64,000 nucleotides of DNA from Acidimicrobiia bacterium. GTDB lineage: Bacteria > Actinomycetota > Acidimicrobiia > Spongiisociales > UBA5794. This document shows positions 47,502-56,970 of this stretch, in pieces; the first letter of the stretch is position 1; the number at the start of each line of letters is the position of its first letter. Below the pieces are notes generated by a model. The model saw nothing but the letters and a program-made list of their open reading frames with translations. It was not told the origin of the DNA and did no database searches. Location: the NCBI GenBank assembly GCA_035461905.1, contig DATHUV010000129.1, positions 1,078-65,077 of the forward strand. Reading direction: 5' to 3'. The position numbers were made by a program, and so were the translations under genes.

Positions 47502-47541
47502 GTGCAATGTCTCCCATTCAGGCCTTCGCCCAGCCCTTACA

Positions 47542-47574
47542 CTGTCCACACACCTATCCACAAGCTGTGGAGAA
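47542..47574. promoter_or_regulatory. cluster of DnaA boxes upstream of dnaA (autoregulation and/or origin-flanking)
   Basis: CTGTCCACA (47542), CTATCCACA (47554) and TGTGGAGAA (47566) are each one mismatch from TT(A/G)TCCACA or its complement. Confidence 0.5.
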
Positions 47575-47957
47575 GGTGTGCCACCTATCGCGGTCGTGCG
47601 ATCGGCGGCCACGCTCCGGGGAAAGGAGCGGAAATCCGCCCCGAGAGCGTTGGCGAGCATAGGGGCCGTTCCCGATACTCATCAAGAGCGGCAAATCCGT
47701 CGGTACACCCTCCGGGGTCCAGCGGCTCGGTCGGCAGAAACCCTTGTGTGGCAAGGCTTCTGAAGTCCTGCACCCCGTCGGGGCGCGACGGGGGAGAAGG
47801 CGGATTCAGCCGTTCGCGTCCTGTTCTGTGTTTCGCGAGTCCGCGGTACTTTTCGCGCATTCCTCGTCAATGGCTGTTTGGATCGGTGCGCACCTACACT
47901 GTCGCCGTTCCGTGACTTGCACGGATCCCCGAAGCCTCTCGACCAGGGATCTACCTC

Positions 47958-48092
47958 ATGAAGCGCACGTACCAGCCAAACAACCGACGCCGGAAGCGCA
48001 AGCATGGGTTCCGCGGTCGAATGCGGACGCGATCGGGGCGCTCCCTCATACAGCGCCGCCGTGCCAAGGGTCGCCATCGTCTCTCGGCCTGA
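47958..48092 (+). CDS. rpmH: 50S ribosomal protein L34
   Basis: [44 protein letters not shown] (44 aa), translated by hand. Below the ORF-track length cutoff. Confidence 0.92.
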   Translation: MKRTYQPNNRRRKRKHGFRGRMRTRSGRSLIQRRRAKGRHRLSA

Positions 48093-48105
48093 CGGGCGGG
48101 GCTTC

Positions 48106-48429
48106 GTGTCACTGCGACCTGCGTCCCGTTTCGCCGAGGTCTACCGCACGGGCGTGCGGACCGTCCAAGGAGGAATCGTCGTGATCGAATCGACCGGACA
48201 CGCCAGCCGTGCCGAGGTCGGTTTCGTTGCGGGACGGAAGGTCGGCACTGCCGTTCGCCGAAACCGGGCCAAGCGCCGGATGCGCGAGGCGGCACGGCAC
48301 GTCCCGTTCCGAGCCGGGCGCGCCTATGTCGTCGTGGCATCTCCGTCGGTGGCTGACGTACCCTTCGAGGACCTCGTCGCATGGATGACATCCTCGGTCA
48401 CGCCACGGCGAACCCAGGAGAAGGACTGA
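48106..48429 (+). CDS. rnpA: ribonuclease P protein component
   Basis: Follows rpmH. Basic RNR motif [15 protein letters not shown]. The GTG start is uncertain. Confidence 0.8.
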   Translation: MSLRPASRFAEVYRTGVRTVQGGIVVIESTGHASRAEVGFVAGRKVGTAVRRNRAKRRMREAARHVPFRAGRAYVVVASPSVADVPFEDLVAWMTSSVTPRRTQEKD

Positions 48430-48431
48430 CC

Positions 48432-48716
48432 TTGACCGACGCACTCGCCACCCACCGTTCTCCGGCCCAGAGCGCAGCGATCGCAACGATCCGGGCGTAC
48501 CAGAAGGTACTGTCCCCCTTCTTCGGACGTAATTGTCGCTATTACCCCACCTGTTCGCAGTACACCATCGAAGCAGTGGAGGTCCATGGTGCGGCCCGTG
48601 GCTCGTGGCTCGGCATCCGTCGCATCGGACGGTGCCATCCCTGGCATGAGGGCGGAATCGATCCGGTTCCCGGCTCCGGGACAATGGATGATCCGCCCGA
48701 AGGAGGCCGACCATGA
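48432..48716 (+). CDS. yidD: membrane protein insertion efficiency factor YidD
   Basis: [34 protein letters not shown] signature. The TTG start is uncertain. Confidence 0.8.
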   Translation: MTDALATHRSPAQSAAIATIRAYQKVLSPFFGRNCRYYPTCSQYTIEAVEVHGAARGSWLGIRRIGRCHPWHEGGIDPVPGSGTMDDPPEGGRP

Positions 48717-49642
48717 ACCCGTGGACCCTGCTCGTCAACCTCCTCGGCTCGACCCTGTCGTTCTTCTATGACATCGTCCCCGAATACGGAGTTGCCATTA
48801 TTTTCCTGACGCTCCTCGTCGGTGTGCTGCTCTTCCCCCTCACGTACAAGCAGACGAAGTCCATGAAGGCGATGCAGGACATCCAGCCCGAGGTGAAGCG
48901 GCTCCAGAAGGAGTTCAAGGGCGACAGGGAGGAGCTGAACAAGCAGCTCATGGCGTTGTACCAGGAGCGTGGCGTGAATCCCGCAGCAGGATGCCTGCCC
49001 CTCCTCGTGCAGATGCCGATCTGGTTCGCCCTCTACCGCGTTCTGTGGCAGGGCAGCGGTATTCCCGAGGGCTCCGACCTTCGTTCGGTGATCGACGCCG
49101 CCAATGCAGCCCTCTACACGACGAACGCCGACGGATCGCTGAGCGCCACCCTGCAGCCCGGCGTCGACATCGCAAGCGACCAGTTCTCCCACGTGATCTT
49201 CCTCGGTATGAACATGCTCGTGCGGCCCTCGGCAGCGGTCGACCTCGGGAACATCCTCGGATCGCTGCCGTACATCCTCCTCATCGCGGCGATCGTCGTC
49301 GCTGGGTTCTACCAGCAGGTGCAGACGACGCGCCGGAAGCCGGGGGCAACGGAGGAACTCAATGCGCAGGCCCAGACGATGCAGCGGGCCATGCGCATCA
49401 TGCCGGTCGTCTTCGGTTTCATCTCTTGGAGTTTTGTCTCAGGTCTCGGTCTCTACTTCGCAACGTCGAACATCTTCCGCGTCGGTCAGCAGGCGATCAT
49501 CCTGCGGACGGCGGCTGCCGGCGGCGACGGAGACGACAAAGGGAAGGGGCATGCCGAGGCGGACGACCCGTCCGACGAGCCGACGAGCTCGGGTCCGTCC
49601 CAGCATGCCAGCAAGAAGAGAAACCGCCGGAGAAGGAAGTAA
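48713..49642 (+). CDS. yidC: membrane protein insertase YidC (short actinobacterial form)
   Basis: [53 protein letters not shown] and a basic C-terminal tail KKRNRRRRK. Confidence 0.9.
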   Translation: MNPWTLLVNLLGSTLSFFYDIVPEYGVAIIFLTLLVGVLLFPLTYKQTKSMKAMQDIQPEVKRLQKEFKGDREELNKQLMALYQERGVNPAAGCLPLLVQMPIWFALYRVLWQGSGIPEGSDLRSVIDAANAALYTTNADGSLSATLQPGVDIASDQFSHVIFLGMNMLVRPSAAVDLGNILGSLPYILLIAAIVVAGFYQQVQTTRRKPGATEELNAQAQTMQRAMRIMPVVFGFISWSFVSGLGLYFATSNIFRVGQQAIILRTAAAGGDGDDKGKGHAEADDPSDEPTSSGPSQHASKKRNRRRRK

Positions 49643-49648
49643 CCCGTC

Positions 49649-50512
49649 ATGGAATGGGTCGAAGTACAGGGAAAGACGATCGATCTCGCCGTCGAGGTAG
49701 CGATCGGAGAGCTGGGAGTCGCCTCCCGTGACGACGTGACGGTCGAGGTGATCCAGGAACCGAAGGCCGGCTTCCTCGGAATGGGTGGCCAAGAAGCCAT
49801 CGTGAAAGTGACGAGGGGGCCGCGCAAGCGCCGTAGGAGCAGGGGACGTGGCCGAAACGGGTCACCTTCCGACTCGACGGCCTCGGGTCAGCCATCTCCG
49901 TCACGATCGGCGGCGAGCAAACCCGCCAGGAACGGTGGATCCAACACCCAAACCAGAGGCCGCTCCGGCGGATCGAAGCGCCAGGAGGCCACGATGGAAG
50001 ACAATAAGAATTCGAACGATCGCCCTCCGAGGGACGACCGGCCCGATCAGGCGCCGATCGAGGAACAGGCCGAGGTAGCCAAGGCGTTCGTCGAGGGCCT
50101 TGTCGAGGCGTTCGGCCTGGAGGGCACCGTCACGACCCGCATCGAGGAGGACGTGCTCTACCTCGACGTTGCCGGAGCGCAGACGGAGGCACTCGTTGGA
50201 CCGAAGGGTTCCGTCATGCACTCCGTCCTCGAGCTGACACGCACGGTCGTGCAGCGCAAGACCTATGGCGCACCTCGCATGCGTATCGACATCGCCGGCT
50301 ACGGCGAGCGACGCCGCGAGGCGCTCCAGATCTATGCTGCCAAGCTCGCCGCGCAGGTCATCGAGGACAAGAGCGAAGTCATGCTTGAGGCCATGAACGC
50401 CGCTGACCGCAAAGTACTCCACGACGCCGTAGCTGAGATCGATGGCGTGAGGTCGTACTCCGAGGGAGACGAGCCGCGTCGCGCCGTCGTCATTGCATAC
50501 GACGGGGACTGA
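49649..50512 (+). CDS. Jag/KhpB-like RNA-binding protein (Jag_N + KH + R3H)
   Basis: The N-terminal MEWVEVQGKTIDLAVEVAIGELG Jag_N domain is followed by a long Arg/Ser/Gly-rich linker. A KH-like region and a C-terminal R3H-type region (LEAMNAADRKVLHDAV) follow. Confidence 0.8.
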   Translation: MEWVEVQGKTIDLAVEVAIGELGVASRDDVTVEVIQEPKAGFLGMGGQEAIVKVTRGPRKRRRSRGRGRNGSPSDSTASGQPSPSRSAASKPARNGGSNTQTRGRSGGSKRQEATMEDNKNSNDRPPRDDRPDQAPIEEQAEVAKAFVEGLVEAFGLEGTVTTRIEEDVLYLDVAGAQTEALVGPKGSVMHSVLELTRTVVQRKTYGAPRMRIDIAGYGERRREALQIYAAKLAAQVIEDKSEVMLEAMNAADRKVLHDAVAEIDGVRSYSEGDEPRRAVVIAYDGD

Positions 50513-50526
50513 GACAGGAGTTTCAC

Positions 50527-51237
50527 GTGAAACACGTCCCCAACGACGATGTTTCACGTGAAACCATCTCACTCGGGCGCCAGGGAGTGGCCAGACTCGA
50601 TCGGAGAGCGCTCGATCCACTGCTCGCCCGCCTCGGAGTCCGCTTCTCCGAGGAACAGCGATCCGTACTGGATCGGTTCGCCGCCTGGCTCTGCACAGAG
50701 GCGGTCGCTGCGGGTGCGATAGGCCCGAGTGAGGTGCCACGCATCTTCGATAGGCACATCGCCGACTCCCTCGTATACCTCGCAGGACTCGAATCCGGGG
50801 TCCGGTCGACGGGAGTCACATCCATCGTCGACGTCGGCTCGGGTGTCGGGCTTCCCGGCATACCCCTTGCAATAGCGAGGCCGTCGTGCCATGTCACGCT
50901 TGTGGACAGGTCTTCGAAGCGCTCCGAGCTGTCCCAAAGAGTCGTCCGCATCCTCGGACTGGAGAACGTGGAGGTGAGGACGGCCGAGGCGAACCGAATA
51001 GCGGATAGGTTCGAGGGGGTCGTGTTCCGAGCGTCACTCCCGGTTGTAGGTGCTACCGCAGCGTTTCTCACCCTGGGATCGCTGGATTCCGTGGGTGTGT
51101 TCGGCCTCTCGCGGCGACACGAACGTCCCGAGGTTCCTGTTGCACCGGACGGCGTGGCCTATCACCTGAGCTGCGAAGGAGACGGAGTGCTTGACTCACC
51201 GGCGTGGCTCCTTAGGATGCAACGTACCCACACCTGA
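50527..51237 (+). CDS. rsmG: 16S rRNA (guanine527-N7)-methyltransferase
   Basis: RHIADSLVYL and SAM motif VDVGSGVGLPGIPLAI, in the conserved position before parA. Confidence 0.85.
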   Translation: MKHVPNDDVSRETISLGRQGVARLDRRALDPLLARLGVRFSEEQRSVLDRFAAWLCTEAVAAGAIGPSEVPRIFDRHIADSLVYLAGLESGVRSTGVTSIVDVGSGVGLPGIPLAIARPSCHVTLVDRSSKRSELSQRVVRILGLENVEVRTAEANRIADRFEGVVFRASLPVVGATAAFLTLGSLDSVGVFGLSRRHERPEVPVAPDGVAYHLSCEGDGVLDSPAWLLRMQRTHT

Positions 51238-51256
51238 ACTCATCGGAGCCTCCCCC

Positions 51257-52033
51257 ATGTCACACGGCAAGGTCGTCGCCATCGCCAATCAGAAGGGCGG
51301 TGTCGGAAAGTCGACCACTGCGATAAACCTCGGTGCAGCGCTCGCGTTCCAGGGCGAGCGCGTGTTGATCGTTGACCTCGACCCCCAGGGAAACACCAGC
51401 TCGGGACTCGGGATCGACAGGTCGGCCATCACGTCGTCGACCTACGATGTCCTTGTTGACGGGACACCGATCGGGGATGTACTCGAACCGACCTCGGTGC
51501 GTGATCTGCACGTCGTTCCCGCCACAATCGAGCTCGCTGGCGCCGAGATCGAGTTGGTGTCGGTGTTCTCACGTGAACAGAGGCTCAAACGCGCGTTGGA
51601 GACGGTGCTGGATGACTACGATGTCGTGCTCATCGACTGTCCACCTTCCCTCGGACTCCTCACGATCAACGGGCTTGCGGCTGCCGACGAGGTGCTCATC
51701 CCGATCCAATGTGAGTACTACGCACTCGAGGGCGTCAGCCAACTCACGCGCAACATCGGTCTCGTGCAACAGAGCCTTAACCCTCAACTGGAGGTCGAAG
51801 GTGTTGTCCTGACGATGTTCGACGGACGCACCACTCTGGCTTCGGAGGTCGTCAAGCAGGTCCGTGACCACTTCGGCGAAACGGCCTATCGAACGGTCAT
51901 ACCGAGAACGGTTCGGCTCTCGGAGGCACCTTCCTATGGCGAGCCGATCGAGGCCTACGACCCGATGTCACGCGGAGCGATCGCCTATAGGGCCCTCGCC
52001 CAGGAGTTCAGGAGGAGACATGGCCGCACGTAA
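51257..52033 (+). CDS. parA: chromosome partitioning ATPase ParA/Soj
   Basis: Deviant Walker A VAIANQKGGVGKSTTAINLG, plus DLDPQGN and IDCPPSLG. Confidence 0.92.
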   Translation: MSHGKVVAIANQKGGVGKSTTAINLGAALAFQGERVLIVDLDPQGNTSSGLGIDRSAITSSTYDVLVDGTPIGDVLEPTSVRDLHVVPATIELAGAEIELVSVFSREQRLKRALETVLDDYDVVLIDCPPSLGLLTINGLAAADEVLIPIQCEYYALEGVSQLTRNIGLVQQSLNPQLEVEGVVLTMFDGRTTLASEVVKQVRDHFGETAYRTVIPRTVRLSEAPSYGEPIEAYDPMSRGAIAYRALAQEFRRRHGRT

Positions 52034-52877
52034 GACCGGATTGGGAAGGGGCCTCGACGCCCTCATCCCCCAGGATCACCCGACCGGGGGATATGCCACC
52101 ATCTCCGTCGACGGAGTCAGGGCGAACCCAGACCAACCGAGGACGCACTTCGATCCGGCATCGATCGACACCCTCGCCGCTTCGATCGACGCCGTCGGCT
52201 TGCTGCAGCCGATTGTCGTGAGGGCAGCGGAGGATGGGTACGTGCTGGTTGCTGGCGAGCGCAGGCTTCGAGCCCTTCGCCAGCTCGGCCACGCGACCGT
52301 GCCGGCCGTGATCAGGGAGGAGACGGATGGGCGTACCAACCTGACGGAAGCGCTTGTCGAGAATCTCCAACGCGAGGACCTGAACCCGCTCGAGGAGGCC
52401 GCGGCATTCAAGGAGCTGCTGGAAGAATATGGAATGACTCACGAAGAGGTCGCGGTACGTGTCGGGAGAAGTCGCTCGGCGGTCACGAACACCGTACGAC
52501 TGCTGGGTTTGCCAGCTCCGATCCAGAAACTGGTAGCGAGCGGAGAGCTCTCGGCGGGCCATGCCAGGGCGCTGCTCGGGTGCGATGACGAGGCCTATGC
52601 GTCGCATATCGCCCAACGCGCCGTCGCAGAGGGATGGCCGGTTCGACGCGTCGAGGAGGCCGTTCGGCTGAGGGCGACCCAGGGACGGACATCGTCCGTG
52701 CGCTCGCGAGCTGTGAGACCCGCACCCATCATCGAGCTCGAGGATCGGCTTCGGGAGCGACTCGGAACGAAGGTGACGATCGACTACCGGGGCAAGGGTG
52801 GCCGGATCACGATCAAGTACTCGTCGCCCGATGATCTCGAGCGGATCTACCGTCACCTGTTCGGTTCCGAGTCCTGA
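52020..52877 (+). CDS. parB: chromosome partitioning protein ParB/Spo0J
   Basis: GLGRGLDALIP, ParB box LLQPIVV...GERRLRA, HTH EVAVRVGRSRSAVTNTVRLL. Confidence 0.92.
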   Translation: MAARKTGLGRGLDALIPQDHPTGGYATISVDGVRANPDQPRTHFDPASIDTLAASIDAVGLLQPIVVRAAEDGYVLVAGERRLRALRQLGHATVPAVIREETDGRTNLTEALVENLQREDLNPLEEAAAFKELLEEYGMTHEEVAVRVGRSRSAVTNTVRLLGLPAPIQKLVASGELSAGHARALLGCDDEAYASHIAQRAVAEGWPVRRVEEAVRLRATQGRTSSVRSRAVRPAPIIELEDRLRERLGTKVTIDYRGKGGRITIKYSSPDDLERIYRHLFGSES

Positions 52878-53836
52878 CGCGCAGCCAGCTCATACACGGC
52901 GGCCACGGCGTGGGCAACCACCATGCCAGCTCGCCTTCGCATCGAGCGCATGGCAACCAGCACGGAGGGTGAGCGGGTCTCCTTGAGCATCGGCATCGTT
53001 CTCCCTGCGGGCTCGAGGCCTATCCGATCGGCGACGACGCCTGCGATGACCATGCCTGCCTCAGATCGCGAGTGCTCCGAGGCGAAGTAGTAGACGCCTT
53101 CCTCACCATCTTGTGGTGAGAGGAATCCGACGACCATGTCCACGTTCATGCGATTCGCGCGTTGGGCACGAAGCCGGGCGGGGGGAGAGGTGTCCACCGA
53201 CCTTGAAAGAACGGGAAGCCCGCTGAGGTGTGCGAGCGCGTGCCTCGCTTCGACGGCGGTCGACCACGTTGTCGTGGACTCGTCGGGAGTACGGCACTCC
53301 GGATCGAGGTAGATCCGCTGTCCTGCGATCGATGGGGGGAGGTTCGTGAGCCACTCCCGTTCCCTGACAGACTCACGTCCGTGTTTCTGTGTGGCGAATC
53401 CGATGAGGCGGAGCTCGGAGGCGACGAAGCTACCGGCAAGGCCGTCCTCAGCCAGACCGCGATTGTGCTGGAAGTCGAGCAGCCCGGCGAGGGTGTCGGG
53501 TCCGAACACACCGTCGACCTTCCCGGTATCGAAGCCCAGCGAGTTCAAGCGCGCTTGAAGGTCAGCGACGTCATCACCGCGCATCATCGGGATCCGGTGG
53601 TAGAGGAGCCTGTCACCCAGTCGGTACCCCGCATCGACGAGGGCCCGCCACGTGTCGGGACCGACCACCCCGTCGACGGGCAGTCCGCGCTCATCCTGGA
53701 AGAGCGCGACCGCTGCAGAAGTAGCGTCCCCGTAGACGCCCTCCCTGTCGTCCCCGAGCTCGTAGCCGAGCGCGGAGAGCCGGCTCTGGATGTCCAGAAC
53801 CGGCTCTCCGCGATCACCTGTGTGGTAGAGCCTCAC
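52853..53836 (-). CDS. CwlM-like protein: two PG_binding_1 domains + degenerate amidase_3 domain
   Basis: Two repeats of the LGY...DG.(F/Y)G..T..A(V/L)..FQ...GL..DG..G..T pattern are followed by an amidase_3-like region. In that region the usual DPGHGG reads DPECRT. Position next to trxA-trxB is as for cwlM in Mycobacterium. Confidence 0.65.
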   Translation of the reverse strand: MRLYHTGDRGEPVLDIQSRLSALGYELGDDREGVYGDATSAAVALFQDERGLPVDGVVGPDTWRALVDAGYRLGDRLLYHRIPMMRGDDVADLQARLNSLGFDTGKVDGVFGPDTLAGLLDFQHNRGLAEDGLAGSFVASELRLIGFATQKHGRESVREREWLTNLPPSIAGQRIYLDPECRTPDESTTTWSTAVEARHALAHLSGLPVLSRSVDTSPPARLRAQRANRMNVDMVVGFLSPQDGEEGVYYFASEHSRSEAGMVIAGVVADRIGLEPAGRTMPMLKETRSPSVLVAMRSMRRRAGMVVAHAVAAVYELAARQDSEPNR

Positions 53837-53862
53837 CAGCTCATGCTTGCAGATTCAGCCTC

Positions 53863-54189
53863 TCAGGCGAGGTACTCCGCGAGCTCCGCCTGGAGTTGTC
53901 CCTTGCTCCGTGCACCGACGAAGCGCCTCTTCTCCTCACCATTCTGGAAGACGATGAGGGTCGGGATGCTCATGACGTGGTACGCACCCATCGTGGCCGG
54001 ATTCTCGTCGACGTTGAGCTTCGCAACGGTCAGTTTCCCGGAGTTCTCACCGGCCAGTTCGTCCAGCGGCCCGTCCATCATCTTGCATGGCCCGCACCAC
54101 TCTGCCCAGAAATCGACCAACGTCGGTGTTTCTGATGCGATGGCGGTCCCAAAGTCGTTGTCGGTGACCTTGACGGTGTTCTGTCCCAT
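53863..54189 (-). CDS. trxA: thioredoxin
   Basis: 108 aa with the WAEWCGPCKM active site. Confidence 0.92.
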   Translation of the reverse strand: MGQNTVKVTDNDFGTAIASETPTLVDFWAEWCGPCKMMDGPLDELAGENSGKLTVAKLNVDENPATMGAYHVMSIPTLIVFQNGEEKRRFVGARSKGQLQAELAEYLA

Positions 54190-54247
54190 GGGAGTCGTCT
54201 CCTGTCGTCGTCGTGTATTCGGAACCCCGACCGAGGCGGATGGATTC

Positions 54248-55168
54248 CTATTCGTGATTGTCGAGGAACCGCTCCGCGTCGAGCGCGGCCTGACACCCCA
54301 TACCAGCAGCCGTCACGGCCTGACGGTAGACCTTGTCCGTGACGTCCCCTGCCGCGAAGACCCCCTCCACGGACGTGATGGTCGTACCGGGGTTCGTCAC
54401 GATGTACTCATCGTCGTCGAGCTCGATATGGCCCTTGAAGACGGTGGTGTTCGGATCGTGGCCGATGGCGACGAACACTCCATCGGTCGCCAGCGTGGTC
54501 ACCTCATCGGTGTCGACATTGCGGATGCGGACGCCGTCGACGACCTTGTCCCCGAGGATCTCCTCGACAACGGTGTTCCAGATCACCTCGATCTTCGGGT
54601 GGTCGAGCACACGGTTCGCCATGATCGTCGATGCTCGGAACTCCTCGCGACGGTGCACGACGGTGACCTTGGTTGCGAACTTCGTGAGGAACAGCGACTC
54701 CTCCATGGCGGAGTCGCCACCACCTACAACGACGAGCTCCTTGTCGCGGAAGAAGAAGCCGTCACAGGTCGCGCAGGCTGAGACCCCGTAGCCACGGAGC
54801 TTCTCCTCGCCCGGTACGTTGAGCCATCGGGCGGATGCGCCAGTGGAGATGATGATGGTCTCAGCGGTGTACGCATCGGGACCGACGTTCACGGTGAATG
54901 GGCGCTGGGAGAAGTCGACGTCGGTGACGTTCGAGCTCACGATGCGGGTTCCGAAGCGCTCGGCCTGCTTTCGCATCTGCTCCATGAGCTCGGGCCCCAT
55001 GATCCCGTCGGGGAATCCCGGGTAGTTCTCGACGTCGGTGGTGATCATGAGTTGGCCGCCGCGCTCCATGCCCTCGATCATGAGGGGATCGAGGCCGGCT
55101 CGCGCGGCATAGATGGCTGCGGTCAGGCCTGCAGGCCCCGAACCGATGATGAGGACCTTGTCTGGCAT
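54248..55168 (-). CDS. trxB: thioredoxin-disulfide reductase
   Basis: [19 protein letters not shown], redox CATCDG and NADPH motif [11 protein letters not shown]. The ORF-track start is an extension. Confidence 0.93.
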   Translation of the reverse strand: MPDKVLIIGSGPAGLTAAIYAARAGLDPLMIEGMERGGQLMITTDVENYPGFPDGIMGPELMEQMRKQAERFGTRIVSSNVTDVDFSQRPFTVNVGPDAYTAETIIISTGASARWLNVPGEEKLRGYGVSACATCDGFFFRDKELVVVGGGDSAMEESLFLTKFATKVTVVHRREEFRASTIMANRVLDHPKIEVIWNTVVEEILGDKVVDGVRIRNVDTDEVTTLATDGVFVAIGHDPNTTVFKGHIELDDDEYIVTNPGTTITSVEGVFAAGDVTDKVYRQAVTAAGMGCQAALDAERFLDNHE

Positions 55169-55173
55169 GCTCT

Positions 55174-55476
55174 TCACTCCTGGGGTGCGCGGTCCTGGGG
55201 GTAGCGCCGCGACCAGACGAATGCTCCGATCACGATCAACAGCAACCCGACCACGGCGTATGCGGTTTCCTGGCCCATCAGCGTCCCGAGGATCCGGAAT
55301 ATTCCGACGAGCAGCCAGAAGACCGCCATGATGGCGCCCACCACGAGGATCAGGCCCACGGCGACCCATGTGAGTGCCGTCGATGCCTTGTCGACGGACA
55401 GCTCCCGGATCCTCGTGGCGACCTGTTCGAGCAGGTCCGCGATGCGAACCGAGAGTGGTGCGGTTGGTTCTGCCAT
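55174..55476 (-). CDS. small two/three-TM membrane protein, hypothetical
   Basis: 100 aa with [24 protein letters not shown] and [15 protein letters not shown]. Ends 6 nt before the trxB start. Confidence 0.45.
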   Translation of the reverse strand: MAEPTAPLSVRIADLLEQVATRIRELSVDKASTALTWVAVGLILVVGAIMAVFWLLVGIFRILGTLMGQETAYAVVGLLLIVIGAFVWSRRYPQDRAPQE

Positions 55477-55540
55477 GACCCGCCCGAGGTTAGTCAGCTG
55501 CGGGGGTGCCGGGTTGTGGCGTAGCGCCCTGGACTGGATA

Positions 55541-56344
55541 TCAGTCGTCGATGGCGACGACGCTGCAGGTGGAGAGGTCGATGGTGAGCACAGAGCTCAC
55601 ACCGGTCGCGTCGATCACGGCGAAGTACGCGACCTGCGCCCCGTCGCGTTCGCCGACGCCGAGCAATGTCTTGTCGCCGCTGGGAAGACTCGTCCCGATC
55701 TCCTCGAGGCAGGCTTCAACGTGCGCGATGTCGACGCTCGAACGCGTCGCCGCGACGGTTCCATCGAGGAGCTCATTGATGTCCTTCGGTGTTGCCGCCC
55801 CCTCGGTGATGGCCAGCAGATCCGAGCCGTCCACGTCGGTGAATGCCTGTACCTCCCCAACGAGTTCGGGATCGCCCGACCCCTCCTCGTTGAAGGTCTC
55901 CGCCTCAGGAGCGTCCTGGCCGCCGCCGTCGCGGACGTCGGCGGCTGCCATGGTCGTGTCGCTCACGAGTGCAGAGTCTTGTTCGTCCGATCCCCCGAGG
56001 CCACCGGGCAGCACGACGATCGCCGTGACGACCGCTGCCGCAGCAGCAAGGCCGAAGAGCGGTTGCAGCCAGGTCACACGTCGTCTGGCTGGCTCTGGCA
56101 CCGCCTGATCAGGGGCATCGAGGTTGAGCGCGCCACGGACGCGTGAGCGGAGTTCGGATCGCTCTGCGGCCGTCATCGAAATTCCGGGAAGTGATGCGAG
56201 TGCGTCGCGAACCTCCGTCTGGATTGCAAGCTCCTGCGCCAGGCTCGGGTCCGCGTCGATCTGGGCGCGTGCCTCTGCTGCCTCTGCTGAGGACAGGGCA
56301 CCAGCCGTGAGGCCGAGGATCAGATCGCGTTCCTGCTCGTTCAT
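55541..56344 (-). CDS. anti-sigma factor (RsmA-like partner of SigM-type ECF sigma)
   Basis: ATGA overlap with the sigma gene. N-terminal helical anti-sigma-like region, one TM (LFGLAAAAAVVTAIVVL) and an acidic extracytoplasmic domain. Confidence 0.6.
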   Translation of the reverse strand: MNEQERDLILGLTAGALSSAEAAEARAQIDADPSLAQELAIQTEVRDALASLPGISMTAAERSELRSRVRGALNLDAPDQAVPEPARRRVTWLQPLFGLAAAAAVVTAIVVLPGGLGGSDEQDSALVSDTTMAAADVRDGGGQDAPEAETFNEEGSGDPELVGEVQAFTDVDGSDLLAITEGAATPKDINELLDGTVAATRSSVDIAHVEACLEEIGTSLPSGDKTLLGVGERDGAQVAYFAVIDATGVSSVLTIDLSTCSVVAIDD

Positions 56345-56925
56345 GGGTCTCCGTTGTCCATGCTTTGATGCTCTCCACCGGGTGCGAGGTTCCCGAGACT
56401 TTGGGAGAGTTGTCGCCTGGCCCTGAAAAGCCTGCTCTTGACGGTTCCCGTGGGCACGCCGAGGGTATCGGCAGCCTGGTCTAGCGACATGCCCTCGAGA
56501 TCGACGAGGACGACGGCTGATCGGAAGTCTTCGGAGAGCGCTCGAAGGGCCGCCTCGATGTCCGGGCGTACCTCAATCGCCTCGTACAGGTCGGTGGTCG
56601 TCCTGTCCGGCGGGTCATGTGATTCGGGCAGCGGCTGTGTCCGGGTGCGGGTGCGTCGCCGGAGGTGGTCGTAGCAGGTGTTGACGGCGACCCGGTAGAG
56701 CCAAGTCGAGAACGCCGCCTGCGCCTTGTACCTATCCGCCTTTCGGAACACCGTGAGGAAGGTGTCCTGTGTCGCATCGAGCGCAGCTTCTCGGTCCCCC
56801 ATCATTCGCATGCAGATCGCGAAGACCCTGTCCTCGTGTGCGTCCATGAGCTCGTTGAACGCGGACGCGTCCCCGGTGAGGTACCGGTCGATGAGCTCGA
56901 TGTCGAGTTCTGCGCGTTCGGTCAT
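56341..56925 (-). CDS. ECF RNA polymerase sigma factor (SigM-like by synteny)
   Basis: Region 2 (FNELMDAHEDRVFAICMRMMGD...DATQDTFLTVF...FSTWLYRVAVN) and region 4 (LEGMSLDQAADTLGVPTGTVKSRLFRAR). Adjacent to trxB/trxA as for sigM in Mycobacterium. Confidence 0.85.
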   Translation of the reverse strand: MTERAELDIELIDRYLTGDASAFNELMDAHEDRVFAICMRMMGDREAALDATQDTFLTVFRKADRYKAQAAFSTWLYRVAVNTCYDHLRRRTRTRTQPLPESHDPPDRTTTDLYEAIEVRPDIEAALRALSEDFRSAVVLVDLEGMSLDQAADTLGVPTGTVKSRLFRARRQLSQSLGNLAPGGEHQSMDNGDP

Positions 56926-56970
56926 GGCCGCCAAGAGAGTAGGCCCGTGCGACAGCACGTGACGTTGGGT

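Noticed and set aside
46110-47660. ORF-track N-terminal extensions of real genes, including dnaA to 47660 and the 25687..27645, 32260..33504, 58267..59562, 5913..7367, 11974..12717 and 54248..55369 ORFs
   Set aside because: The family-typical N-termini begin at internal ATG/GTG codons, and these coincide with ATGA/GTGA overlaps or RBS-like purine tracts. The upstream parts overlap neighbouring genes and are compositionally Arg/Pro-rich.
53228-54781. 517-aa + strand ORF over cwlM-like, trxA and trxB
   Set aside because: It is antisense to three genes with unambiguous active-site motifs (WCGPC, CATC).
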